Positions 40,501 to 49,808 of a DNA stretch of 64,000 nt are shown in pieces. The DNA is from Gammaproteobacteria bacterium. Lineage in GTDB: Bacteria > Pseudomonadota > Gammaproteobacteria > UBA12402. A program made the translations under genes and the position numbers. The notes beneath the pieces were generated by a model that saw nothing but the letters and a program-made list of their open reading frames with translations, had not been told where the DNA came from and searched no databases. Location: the NCBI GenBank assembly GCA_050123375.1, contig JASFHF010000002.1, positions 28,364 to 92,363 of the forward strand, written 5' to 3'. Every line of letters begins with the position of its first letter. Position 1 is the first letter of the stretch.

Positions 40501-41998
40501 AACTTTATTTGGCAGTAAAAATAAATCAACACTAAAAAGCGTAAATCCTGAAACGTTATGGAAATTGGAAGAATTATTTCCAGAATATAAAGTAAACATT
40601 ACCTGGTCGAAACAATATCCGTATAACTGTATGGATGTTGTTATTTATAAACGAAATTCATATCTTTATGCAAATTTTATCCCAGGGATTCACATGTTAA
40701 GCCCATCAAAAATGAATAACTATGCAACTCATCCCTTAAAGGTTAGTATGAAACAACAGCTAATTTCTGAAATGAGATTAGTCTTAAAAGAAACCCTACC
40801 ATTTTACATGCATCCTTCTAAATTTATTTTCCTTGATAATATACCACTAACAATTAATGGGAAAACCGATAAAAAAGTGTTGCAATTATATAACACAGTG
40901 AATCCATTACATATCAAGTTTGAAAAACCCAGCAGTGAAACACAAAAAATAATAACCAATATATTTACACGTCTGTTAGGGATAGACTCCATTGGGGTCA
41001 ATGAAAACTTCGATAATTATGGAGCAGATTCATTGACCATCATGCGTCTAGTTGCTACAATTAATGAGAAGTTCAATCTTAACATTGGATATACAGATAT
41101 ACTTTTGCATTTAACTGTAAAAAAACTTAGTGTTTTAATTGAACACTTGCTGCTGGCAAAGGCGAAAGTTTTAGATGTTCCTAAATATTTTGTGACGATT
41201 CAAGATAAAGGTAGGAATACGCCTCTTTTTCTTGTTCATGATATATATGGTACTGTCTTTCAATATCAATTTTCGCCAAAAGTACTCAAAAATCGGCCAA
41301 TTTATGCTATACAGCATCCTGGTATAGGAAATAAAGAGCTACAGTTTAAGACTATGCAAAACATGGCAGAAGCATATATGAATTTAATTATTTCACAATC
41401 GCCTAAAGAACCCTATTTTATAGGAGGATATTCTTTTGGCGGATTGGTAGCTTTAGAAATTGCTAAAATGCTAGAATATAGAGGAGCACAACATATATGT
41501 CTATTTCTATTCGATACTTGGATTATTCCTAAAGATAAACATGATGTTTTTATTAATATTGAGCTTAATGTTAAACAATTTTTAGAAAAACATAACAATG
41601 ATGTTGAAAATTTAGGTATAGATAAAATTGCTAATAGGCAACTTCAAATGGCAAAAATATTTCTGGCGCCTAAACTAAAGAAAACACATATTGTTTTATT
41701 TAAAGCTGAACAGCCTACTAAGTATTCATCAAAAATAGAATGTACTGATAATAATTTGCAGCAGTGTACTAAGCAGAAAATTACGGTTTGTAAAGTACCA
41801 GGAACCCATGAACTGATTTTAGATAAAAAAAATATTTCTAAATTTACTTTATTGCTGAATTCTGAGATAGAAAAACAGGAACAATGGAAAGTCTATAAGA
41901 AACCAACCACAGCAATGTTTACTGATATTAAACCCCGTGATAATTTAATCATGAACAAATCTAATCATGAAAAGCTAAAAAATAGTATTGAAATGTAA
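34505..41998 (+). CDS. Single-module NRPS: FkbH-T-C-A(nMT)-T-TE
   Basis: FkbH DCDNTLW/IDDNPVE/TNQFN; T GFSSL; C HHIINDG; A YTSGTTGKPKG, NAYGPTE, TGDL, NGK; MT LEIGCGTG; T GADSL; TE GYSFGG. Confidence 0.93.
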   Translation: MIVVISTFTDTLLKKPLKLFLSKFSSKTPEIVFAPYNQVFQQLSNETSLCSKNTSDPNVILIRFEDWIDEDDKEQLSNLQEDVQFFWELLQKASTKTTHPWIVCVCPDSPRSLKVPGRKEVYNKLLTQFHNHCDKTSNVYFIDPKTIQSFYPVKDYYDAKSDEIGKIPYVDKFFYGLAAIIVRRINVIGLPPYKAIIVDCDNTLWKGVCGEVGYSGIKISEPYKQFQKFLVQQKKDGMLICLCSKNSYKDVHDVFVKRRNDMPLKWEHITTYKINWEKKTSNISEIATQLNIGLDSFIFIDDNPVECGMVRETLQDVLTLQVPVNINNFPLFLKHVWPFDHLKVTQEDKKRTEMYKQNLQRKNEEKSINAKSSSTSSSSVSKFLKRLKLVVTTKLININSKHIARVAQLTQRTNQFNFTTQRFSEKKIQNAISNGQYCMAVWVKDRFGNHGLVGVVIFSTTKKSLQVNTFLLSCRVLAKNVEHHIIVELAKFALKQNILQIEIAYKRTEKNIPAFNFLHRMKVATKLSPDNDNCTFIIKTEDAKNINLLRQQNNLLSREKVKKLSSKRTRPYNLQYIEIATKLATVEQISNAMRPKILTKKTPIQFKTEFERQIVNIIEDILCIKGIAPNDNFIDIGFSSLYMVLAISKIKNKYEVTVKLEELFKISNAKQLVNLVSQRFVKTRKNLPKKQKLMRIQERYKALPLSDAQQRLWVSFQTEQNKSLYNMIVSYKLVGTLNLEALKKAFQTLIMRHESLRTKFISKENNPNQIVLPYSAKLFYLTQRPLDSTLSKKVDIISQKPFDLSDAPLMRVTLFSNQKDEHLLSIVWHHIINDGWSFNLLMKELSTLYNYYVEQKREFGILTTFMLINKHIQNSLLNNNKNIDEHLWSLNKVYAETFKLVLSYLVSSNNQQRYISNWKNQLTLSSQKINNTIPGLSVQKIDYIDFSVWHRQYVRQKKIFDDSLRFWNAKLTDCEAINFPTDYPVSKISSKSYKALRKPFTIEKNVLSQLKELAKAKNTTLYNVLLTLFFILLARYSNQKKLIIHVPNAGRNHQDTQNMVGFFVNLIPVVVDLQENSTFYTIIEKLIKFSSESLKHQELPFNELVKSLHFAKYAKNNPLLRIAFVYQNFPVHKLNLNGLNVSRIFTDNNDMLVDNPLYSKNSFFTLYMQENSKIGTCQALLEYNTALFEESTINRVITHFKMLMQSIIDNPKCNIFKLPMLTEEEIRNELEVWNNTKTEFSKNQTITQLFEQQVQKTPKKIAVSFYNVKMSYEMLNVRSNQLSHYLRQECGVITGSFVAICMNSNPQRVISIMGAIKTGAAYIPLDPLYPKSRIEFILNDSGAKVCLVNKVTLKLVAQIKTNCKFIAIEDIVFKKYKTVNPLLKAKPQDLAYLLYTSGTTGKPKGVLIEHRSIVNTIFSQFKKFDINQDSRILQFASFTFDASVSEIFTALLSGATLCLIREKDRLNRLIEFMNDAKITVATLPPMLLKTIDVSKVKSLKTLVTAGEPIDNETTSKYKSIPVFCNAYGPTECTIHVTNNRFKKGKKFGIGQPIDNTKCYVLNKYMQLVPVGVIDKLYVGGKGVGRGYHNRPELTKEKFINVNIHGKKLRLFDTGDLVYRLSDGNLVFVRRIADDYIKINAFRIHPGEVTSALYKTKVARQIVVDKVGKQLVAYVVPEYGYLCSSLHKYYEKHVRMWRNFYDNVTHKDLSVSNVNDTSGWINSYTEKPFSKNEMSEWVETTVNRIQKLPTSHGKILEIGCGTGLLLFPLVKQCKQYIATDFSEKVIDPLKKKLKKHGIKNTVLKQKSAHQFEKENESYDLIVINSVAQYFPDIRYLIKVLEDAVNNISSSGGSIFIGDVRSLAHLRLFYASLFLSKNPNISVKECKQFIINKFHSEKELVISHEFFKDFAASHPKISVIELQLRRGNYNTEMNCFRYDVILHVNNLSKKLLFSRDVEWVDYKIKQVDIVEISNQLKSKPKYLALKNIPNARLINTVNCLQTLFGSKNKSTLKSVNPETLWKLEELFPEYKVNITWSKQYPYNCMDVVIYKRNSYLYANFIPGIHMLSPSKMNNYATHPLKVSMKQQLISEMRLVLKETLPFYMHPSKFIFLDNIPLTINGKTDKKVLQLYNTVNPLHIKFEKPSSETQKIITNIFTRLLGIDSIGVNENFDNYGADSLTIMRLVATINEKFNLNIGYTDILLHLTVKKLSVLIEHLLLAKAKVLDVPKYFVTIQDKGRNTPLFLVHDIYGTVFQYQFSPKVLKNRPIYAIQHPGIGNKELQFKTMQNMAEAYMNLIISQSPKEPYFIGGYSFGGLVALEIAKMLEYRGAQHICLFLFDTWIIPKDKHDVFINIELNVKQFLEKHNNDVENLGIDKIANRQLQMAKIFLAPKLKKTHIVLFKAEQPTKYSSKIECTDNNLQQCTKQKITVCKVPGTHELILDKKNISKFTLLLNSEIEKQEQWKVYKKPTTAMFTDIKPRDNLIMNKSNHEKLKNSIEM

Positions 41999-42018
41999 GC
42001 ATAAAATTTTAAGGAATG

Positions 42019-44570
42019 TGAATATGGATATAATAAAACAGCAGAATTTTGAAATTTTTGAAAGTATGTTATTTCCTTTTTGTTGTAAAGACATTAAGGG
42101 AAAATATATCATCTGTAATGATGCTTATGCTAAATTACTTAATTTTAAGTCTAAAAATGACTTAATTGGAAAATTAGAAAACACTTTGCTTAGCAAGAAG
42201 ACAGCGGCTTTACTCAGCAAATATGATGACGAAATAATTGCAAAAAATAGTAAAAAAATATTTGCTTTAGAAATAGATGCTTTACCTAAAGCCGAAAGAT
42301 TACTAGTGCTGAAATACCCATGTAATGAGTTTAAAAAAATTAAGGGGGTGTTTTCTATTCTAATTAGTCTTGATAATGAAGACATAATAGAGAATATTCG
42401 TAATGCTTGTTTGGATTTACAAGATGTAACCCAAATTAATGGATCTTCTTTTTTGAAAAATATTATAGCAAACTTGCCGGGAAGTATATATTGGAAAGAT
42501 CGCAATGGAGTATATTTAGGATGCAATAATTATGTTGCTTAAATGGCTGGAGTTGCATCGCCAGATGAGGTAATTGGAAAAACAGATGAAGACTTTCATT
42601 GGAAAAATTTAGCTGATGAAGTGCGAAAAGATGAGCAAGAAGTTATGAATACCGGCATACCTAAAAAATTAGAAATAGCCGGCCCTTCTGTAGGTGGAAA
42701 GCCTGCTGTATTTTTAGCAACCAAATATCCACTATATGGTAAAAACGGTAAAGTAATAGGTATTCTTTGTACATCCTTGGATATTACAGAACGTAAAAGA
42801 GCAGAGCAGCAGTTAAAAGAAACCAAAAACAAATTAGAAGAATTAAATGCTCTAAAGGATCAATTTATAGAAAATATGGAACACGATTTAAGAACTCCAA
42901 GCTCTGGTATTATGGGTATGACCAAAATTCTTGAAGAGCGAGAAACTGATTCAGAAAAAAAGAAAATCTTACATCTGCTTTCACAAGCATCTGAAAGACT
43001 GTTAAATGTTTTAAATGGAATTGTAGCATTTGATAAAGCAGAAGCTGGCGTTTTGTCAATAGTAAATAAAAAATTCTCAATTAAAAAAATTGTTAGTGAC
43101 ATTTTTGCCATGGAAATGCCGACAGTTGTAACTAAAAAATTAAAATTAACAGTGAAATATGATGACAATATTTCAGACATGATCATTAGCGATGAACAAC
43201 GGATTTTTAGAATTTTATTAAATTTGATTGGTAATGCAATTAAATTTACACATCGAGGCCATGTAACTGTCTATGTAAAAATGCCTAATATCATTGATAA
43301 ACAAAATGCTATTTTACAACTTATTGTAGAGGATACTGGTATAGGAATACCTGCTGATAAAATAAACAGTATTTATAAACGTTTTGTGCGTGGTACACCA
43401 GCTAATCAGGGAATTTATGAAGGTTTAGGTTTAGGGTTGTCTATGGTAAAGCATTTTATTGAAGATATTGAAGGCGAAATAGATGTGGAAAGCACTTTAG
43501 GCAAAGGTACTAAATTTACTTGCACTATACCGATTAAACTACCTTTGTTAAGTAACAACTCTATAGAAGCTAAGCTGGCAAAAACGGAAAAAACAGAAAA
43601 AACCAAGAAGGCAAAAAAAGTAAAGAAAGTAAAACCGAAACAAAGAATGAAAACAACAAAAGCAATAAAAAAATCAAAGATTGTAAAAACTACGGCGGAA
43701 AAAAAGAGTATAAAATCACCAAAATCCATAAAAGCAGTAAAATCCAACAAATCAGGAACCAGAGTATTATTAGTTGAAGATGATATTCTAGCTCAAACAA
43801 TGGCATCAAATATGATAAAAGAAAAGTTGACTAATAATTTAGATATTGCAGATTCTGGGGAAGAAGCTATAAAACTTACTGATAAAAATAAATATGATTT
43901 AATTTTCATGGATATTGGTTTGCCAAATACTAAAGGATACGATGTTACTCGTAAAATCAGAAAGTCCAAAACAGGTAAAAATCAAAAAACAGTAATTGTT
44001 GCTTTAACTGCTCATGTTTCACAGAAAGAAAAGAAAAAATGTTTTGATGCACAAATGAATTGTTTTTTAACTAAACCATTAACTATAAACAAAATAAAGG
44101 AAGTTTTAAAGGAATTGTTATCTGGGGGATTTACAGAAACAAAGATTAAAGAAACGCAGAAACCAAAAAAATCAAAAGAAGCATCGAAAACTAAAACATC
44201 TAAAAAAATGTCAGTAAGCAGTGATTTATTAAAAATCGAAGGAAAGGTTATCGACCTTAAGCTTGGCATGGAAAAACTTAGCTGTGACGCTGAACAAGCT
44301 AAAAAGACAATTGAATTGTTTATTAAACTGCTTAAAGAAGAAATGCCACAGCTTGTTAAAGCCAAAGATAAAGGTGATTGGAAAACCGTAAAAGACCTTG
44401 CGCACAAACACCGTGGCGGAAGTTTATATTGCGGGGTTCCGAGATTACAGCAAGCTTTCACAAACCTAGAACATTATCTGATTACCGATAAAACGGAGCT
44501 ACGCGAGCAATTATATCAACAATTACTTGATGAAATTGATAAGCTTTACGCAGCACAAGAAAAAGCATAA
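42019..44570 (+). pseudogene. PAS-PAS hybrid histidine kinase (HisKA-HATPase-REC-Hpt) split by in-frame TAA at 42540-42542
   Basis: The two ORFs are in frame and adjacent; MEHDLRTP, NLIGNAIKF, DTGIGI, GLGLS, FMDIGLP, TKP, AHKHRG. Confidence 0.85.
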
Positions 44571-44803
44571 GTTAATTTATGGTAATCTGTAATAGTTGGA
44601 CACAACATCGTGTGCCAATAATGACGGTATGTTTGCATCGATAATTTATTCCCATTGCTTGTAATTTGTGGCTTAAATTTCTTTCCCTGTATATTTACAA
44701 GATACAATGGATGGTAAAGGAATTGTTTTGGGCGGACAAAGATGGCCGGATGTTTTGTCTATAAAACTAAAGATGTGAATAATAACGCACAAATAATATT
44801 ACA

Positions 44804-45057
44804 GTGGTTTCCCCACGTCACTATGGATAATTGGTGTCCATAGTGACGTGGGGAAACCACGTTCCGAAACCCTTGTGTAGAAAGGGTTTCGGCCGATTTA
44901 AAGCGAGAAAGTTGGGTGTACAGCGGGAATAAAAGTTTACAGTTTAAAAATACAGGTTAAAGTCAGGTTTTAGGCGGATGAAAAATGGGTATGGAAAGGC
45001 GAGTAGTAAAAATCACATTAGGTGTCTAAAATATCCATTTTTCATCCGCCTAAAACC
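44804..45057. repeat. Cluster of perfect inverted repeats (24, 11 and 23 bp arms)
   Basis: 44804-44860, 44864-44892, 44966-45057 read directly. Confidence 0.9.
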
Positions 45058-45782
45058 ATGATTTTGTATATAAAAATGCAGAATTTTTCTTGACAAATTC
45101 GCATGTTTGTCTATACTTACAGTACAAGTCGATGCCCAGTGGACTATAACTTCTGGGTGAACGCGAAAGATCCTATGAGAAACGCGTGAAGGTTTAAGTA
45201 TTAAGCCTTTAGGATAATACAAAGTTAGGTTTGTATATCATGATGCTAAGTGGTTTCTATAACCACATTTCCGATGAAAGACAATAAAATCTTTATGATT
45301 TTATTGTTCCCTTCTGATGTTAGTATATTTGGGAAATCATTTTTCTAAATATGCCGCTATTGTTGTCGCAATTTAATAACAGCCAAATTATTATAAAATG
45401 AAAGTTTAAATCTGCTGCAAAGCAACAATTTAAAATTTTCAATTTAATAATTTTATTAGTTTGTATTGCGATAATGTTTGTAGTTTGTGACTAAATTAAG
45501 TAAACAACTTAAAATTAGTGTTTTGTATCAGTGTCAAAAAATCAATATGAATAATAGGTTAATTTGAAATTGTGAGTTTTGACAATTATTCAGTCTTAAC
45601 AAAATTACATATATGCAATTTTTGAAGATACAGTTTATAACAAAAGTGCAAGTTAATTTTTAATCGGTTACAAGTAATAACAGAGTCAATTTTATCAATA
45701 TTTTCAATATTAAATTTTTGTTAGGTAAAAATGCAATATCATTTTTAATCTAGTTTATTAACTATAATATAGGAGTAATGTT

Positions 45783-46052
45783 ATGTGTGCAAAAAATATC
45801 AATGATTCAATTGAAACAATTAATGAAAATAAATTAATTGATAATGCTGAATCAATATCAAATAAATCATCTGAGGAAACGAGAAAATTTCTACTAACCG
45901 AGGAGCATTTTGAAAAAATAAAAGAGGTTCAACGTGAAATTTTTGAGAAAACTGAGATATCACCTTCAATTCGAAAAATAGTCAATATGTTAATTACCAA
46001 AGAATCAATTGATAATTTAAAAGACGAATTAATTCGAAAATTTGAAGAATAG
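45783..46052 (+). CDS. Small hypothetical protein
   Basis: 89-aa ORF with AGGAG RBS. Confidence 0.7.
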   Translation: MCAKNINDSIETINENKLIDNAESISNKSSEETRKFLLTEEHFEKIKEVQREIFEKTEISPSIRKIVNMLITKESIDNLKDELIRKFEE

Positions 46053-46302
46053 TAAAAGTTGATCGCTACGGCAACAAAAAGCCGACCACTGAGAACGTAT
46101 GTTCCTGCTGGCGTAAGATTCAAGATCAGTACTTTTGCTTCGAAATAATTTTTTAAAAAATTATTTCAGCCCGCAAATGTATCCAGATAGTGCATTATGA
46201 CACCAAGTGTTGTAAGCCGGATACTTAGCGCTAATCGAACATCCTATGGGCGATGAAGCAAAAAACCGTTAGCTTAAGATCAAATGAGCGTGAGGCAATT
46301 TA

Positions 46303-46472
46303 ATATGGGTAAAAAACAACAGTTAAAACAAAGTATATATGTAATGCTTGAACATAATAGAAATGGAGCGTATGAAACTCAAAGAATTAGGAGAAAAGCT
46401 TTATTTGTTTACTTAATTTGCATTATAATTAAATTTGTGTTTAGCAATAAATTTTTTAATCGCTTTGTATAG
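46303..46472 (+). pseudogene. Truncated N-terminus of an integrase-domain protein
   Basis: MGKKQQLKQSIYVMLEHNRNGAYETQRIRRKAL resembles recalled ICE integrase-domain N-termini (NRDGS.ATQ..R); then runs into the convergent hydrolase gene. Confidence 0.4.
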
Positions 46473-47267
46473 CAATTCTGGTTGTTCAATTTGCAGCATA
46501 TGTGAAGCTTCAGGAATAATTGCAACTTCAGCATTTTTAATTTTTGCGGCTAAAGTATTGGCTAATTTAGGTGTTGAAAATTTATCTTCTGCTCCAGTAA
46601 TAATTAGCGCAGGACATACAATTTTTTTCATTAAATGAACAGCGTTATGTTCCAAACATGCTTGTGCTTGTCTCTTATAGCTGTAAGAAGATTGTGGATA
46701 TTTGTTATTTATTTCAAATAAAATAATTTCTTCAATAAATTTTTTGCTGAATAAGTTTTTTTTGGTGTAAATTTTTTTCATCAAAGACATTACAGTCTCA
46801 CGAGTAACAGGTTTTATTGCGTTTGGCATAGTTTCAATTTCTTTAATTTTATTTTTTAAATAATCAATGGCAGCGGGTACTTGTTTGTCAGCCGTACTGC
46901 ACAGCGATACAGTTGTTATTAAATCAGGATGGTTTGCCGCAAAATGAATAGCGATGAAGCCACCCATTGAGTGTCCTAATATGTGGGCTGGTGTTAAATT
47001 TAATCCTACGATTAATTCAGCAACATCATTCGCCAAATCAGCTATATTATATTTGGTTTCATTGTCTGTTGTGCTTTGTCCAGAATCACGATTATCAAAA
47101 ATTAACACTTGATAATCTTTTTTTAAAAGTGGTATTAATTTTCTCCAAATTGTATGATCTCTGGAAAGTCCACCGATTAGCACATAAGTTTCCGAATTTT
47201 TTTTTGGTTTTTCAGTTAATTTGTAATAAATCATCATTCCAGATTTTGTTTTAAATATGGCCATCAT
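46413..47267 (-). CDS. Alpha/beta hydrolase
   Basis: FDNRDSGQS, GHSMGG, TGAED, ASHMLQIEQP. Confidence 0.9.
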   Translation of the reverse strand: MMAIFKTKSGMMIYYKLTEKPKKNSETYVLIGGLSRDHTIWRKLIPLLKKDYQVLIFDNRDSGQSTTDNETKYNIADLANDVAELIVGLNLTPAHILGHSMGGFIAIHFAANHPDLITTVSLCSTADKQVPAAIDYLKNKIKEIETMPNAIKPVTRETVMSLMKKIYTKKNLFSKKFIEEIILFEINNKYPQSSYSYKRQAQACLEHNAVHLMKKIVCPALIITGAEDKFSTPKLANTLAAKIKNAEVAIIPEASHMLQIEQPELLYKAIKKFIAKHKFNYNAN

Positions 47268-47374
47268 TTTATTCCGTTTATTGAATAGATTATTAAATTA
47301 TCGGTAAAAAATGTTTTATTGTCTAGAAAATCTTGTTTATAATTCGTGCAACTATACGTCACGAGGCAAATGCT

Positions 47375-48835
47375 ATGAATCAAGTTAATATGAGTAATGC
47401 TATACAGCGCAATATTTTGATTCTTTTGTCTTTGGCTGAATTTTGGGATTTGTTGAGTTTTTTTGGTACAGTTGCAATCGTTGTTTTATATACTACAAAG
47501 GTTTTCTTATTTTCCGATCAATTAAGTTATACAATATATGGCATCTATCTTGCTTTGCTATGCGGTTTACCTATGGTTGGTGGATTATTAACGGATAAAT
47601 TTTTTGGTTATTATCGTTCAATTGTTATAGGTGCATTGATGTTAATTCTGGGTAATTTATTTCTTGTAATTCAAAGTACCACTTTTTTGTATTTAGGTTT
47701 AGCGGCAACAATTTGCGGTACTAGTTTATACAAAACGACTTGCACCAGTTTAGTAGGAACGATTTATCAAGATGATTCGCAAACCAAGGACAAAGCATAT
47801 ACGTTTTTTTATGCTGTGTTAAATTGTGGAGCAATTGTTGGGCCTATAATATATGGAATTATTGCGAAATTTTTTGGGTGGCATGCCTGCTTTTTGTTTA
47901 GTGCAATAGGACTTTCTTTTTGCTTGTTACTTATAGTAATTAAAAGGAATTATTTTAAAAACGTAATACATTCAAGTACCAAGCCTAACAATAATATATT
48001 TATGTACGTGTGGCTGGTAGCTGTCTATTTGACTGTTAGTTTTACGTTTTTTTGGCATAAAGATTTTGGCGGTATATTAATAGCATTTTTTGTTGTAAGT
48101 CTAATCATTTTTTACCGCTTGTTACACAAATATACTTTAATTGAGAGAAAAAGACTTTATGGTGTTCTCGTTCTATTATTTTTCTGTATGTTCTTTTTTG
48201 CAGCTAGTTTGCAGGTTGGAAGTTCTTTAACTTTATTTTTGAATCGTTTTGTAGATCGTACTTTGTTTGGTTGGAAAATGCCGACAGCATTTTTTGCTTC
48301 TCTTGATCCGTTATTTGTTGTTTTGGCTGCGCCAATTTTCACTTTAATGTGGGTGAAATTTGCAAAAACAAACAAAGATCCTACGGCATCAATAAAGCTT
48401 GTATGGGGGCTAGTTATAGGCGGGATCGGTTTTTTATGTTTCTGGTTATCTGCTGAATTAAGTATTTGGCATTACCATTATTTGGTTTTAATGTTGTTAT
48501 TGGGCGGATACGTTTTTATAGGTGCGGGCGAAATATGTTTGTCACCCGCAGTTTTAAGTGCGATAAATAGTTATAGTCCTAAAAGTATAGCAAATACTAT
48601 GGCGGGCACATGGTATTTGTCTATGGCGTTTGCAGGATATTTAGGCAGTATAATTGCTATAGGTGGTAGTTATAGCATTCGTAAGCTTGCGCATCATGTT
48701 AAATTTATTCACTTATCAAATATAAACGCTTTTGCTCATACTTTTCTTGTGATTTCCATTGTAGCAATATTTGCGGCAGGAATTTTATTTTTGTTTTCAC
48801 GAACTATAAATAGATTAATAAATCAGGAAAGCTAA
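47375..48835 (+). CDS. POT/PTR family oligopeptide:H+ symporter
   Basis: AEFWDLLSFFG, GGLLTDKFFG, FFYAVLNCGA, GEICLSP. Confidence 0.9.
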   Translation: MNQVNMSNAIQRNILILLSLAEFWDLLSFFGTVAIVVLYTTKVFLFSDQLSYTIYGIYLALLCGLPMVGGLLTDKFFGYYRSIVIGALMLILGNLFLVIQSTTFLYLGLAATICGTSLYKTTCTSLVGTIYQDDSQTKDKAYTFFYAVLNCGAIVGPIIYGIIAKFFGWHACFLFSAIGLSFCLLLIVIKRNYFKNVIHSSTKPNNNIFMYVWLVAVYLTVSFTFFWHKDFGGILIAFFVVSLIIFYRLLHKYTLIERKRLYGVLVLLFFCMFFFAASLQVGSSLTLFLNRFVDRTLFGWKMPTAFFASLDPLFVVLAAPIFTLMWVKFAKTNKDPTASIKLVWGLVIGGIGFLCFWLSAELSIWHYHYLVLMLLLGGYVFIGAGEICLSPAVLSAINSYSPKSIANTMAGTWYLSMAFAGYLGSIIAIGGSYSIRKLAHHVKFIHLSNINAFAHTFLVISIVAIFAAGILFLFSRTINRLINQES

Positions 48836-48842
48836 ATTGAAA

Positions 48843-48866
48843 CACGGGAAATTAAAATTTCCCGTG
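48843..48866. terminator. Intrinsic terminator-like hairpin after POT gene
   Basis: CACGGGAAAT-TAAA-ATTTCCCGTG. Confidence 0.7.
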
Positions 48867-49040
48867 AATATTTTTTTAGGTTTTAAAAATTAAGATGGCA
48901 TGATTTAACCCTCCTGTAGGCTAGTGAAAGATTATCCATTAAGACAATCATTAGCAGTTTATCAAAAAATGAAAAAAAATCAAAAAATAATTTAACTTTT
49001 GTAAAAAATAGATTAAAATGTACAATTATTAATAAATATA

Positions 49041-49808
49041 GTGGGAAATGTGATCAATAATTCAGCATATTCGAAAATGTTACAAATGCAAACCGATATG
49101 TGTTTCCCTTTTGAATATAATTTTTACAATAAGGTGGGTATAGGAAATATGCACACAGTAGTGGAGATAGGTTGCGGTAATGCTTATTTTTTAAACAAAT
49201 TATGCTCTTACTTTCCGCATCCAAAATATCTTGGCTATGATCATTGTGATGAGTTGATTAAAGAAGCTCGTTTAAAAAACTCAGATGACAGAATAATTGT
49301 ACGTTTAGGCTCGATTGAAAACTTGTCAGAAATGGTAGATGGTATAATTTTGCGCCTTATTATGCATCAAATATCTGAAAGGAAAGATTTTTTAAAAAAG
49401 GTTGTTGAGAAGTTAAATAATGACGGTACTATATTGGTCGTAGATTCACTAGATATGAAATTTAAAATGTTTCCAGAACTACCGAAATTTATGGATCGTC
49501 TTAAACAACTTCGTAGTATTTTAAGCCCAGGTAATGCAAGTAGGCAGGTTAAAACACATATTGAAGATGAAATGAAAAATCTTGGGTTTAAATTGTGTGA
49601 GCAGGAACACTACTTTATGCCAAGTTTATTGCCAAGATATAAAGAAAAATATAGAAATTATATGATGGCTACTAATAATATGCTTGGGGATCCACAGGAA
49701 GAAATTACGGAAATAGAAGAATGGTACGATAACCCTTCATCATATGCACAGATTGGTTTATTTATGTATTCTTTTAAAAAAGCAAGGGGTGATAATCTGG
49801 ATGTTTAG
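49041..49808 (+). CDS. Class I SAM-dependent methyltransferase
   Basis: VEIGCGNA motif I, LGYD, LIMHQI. Confidence 0.85.
   Translation: MGNVINNSAYSKMLQMQTDMCFPFEYNFYNKVGIGNMHTVVEIGCGNAYFLNKLCSYFPHPKYLGYDHCDELIKEARLKNSDDRIIVRLGSIENLSEMVDGIILRLIMHQISERKDFLKKVVEKLNNDGTILVVDSLDMKFKMFPELPKFMDRLKQLRSILSPGNASRQVKTHIEDEMKNLGFKLCEQEHYFMPSLLPRYKEKYRNYMMATNNMLGDPQEEITEIEEWYDNPSSYAQIGLFMYSFKKARGDNLDV

Noticed and set aside
44580-44800. Transposase or integrase remnant
   Set aside because: Translations in several frames gave no convincing motif
45013-45222. 69-aa minus-strand ORF
   Set aside because: Overlaps the inverted-repeat and hairpin region; no coding signals
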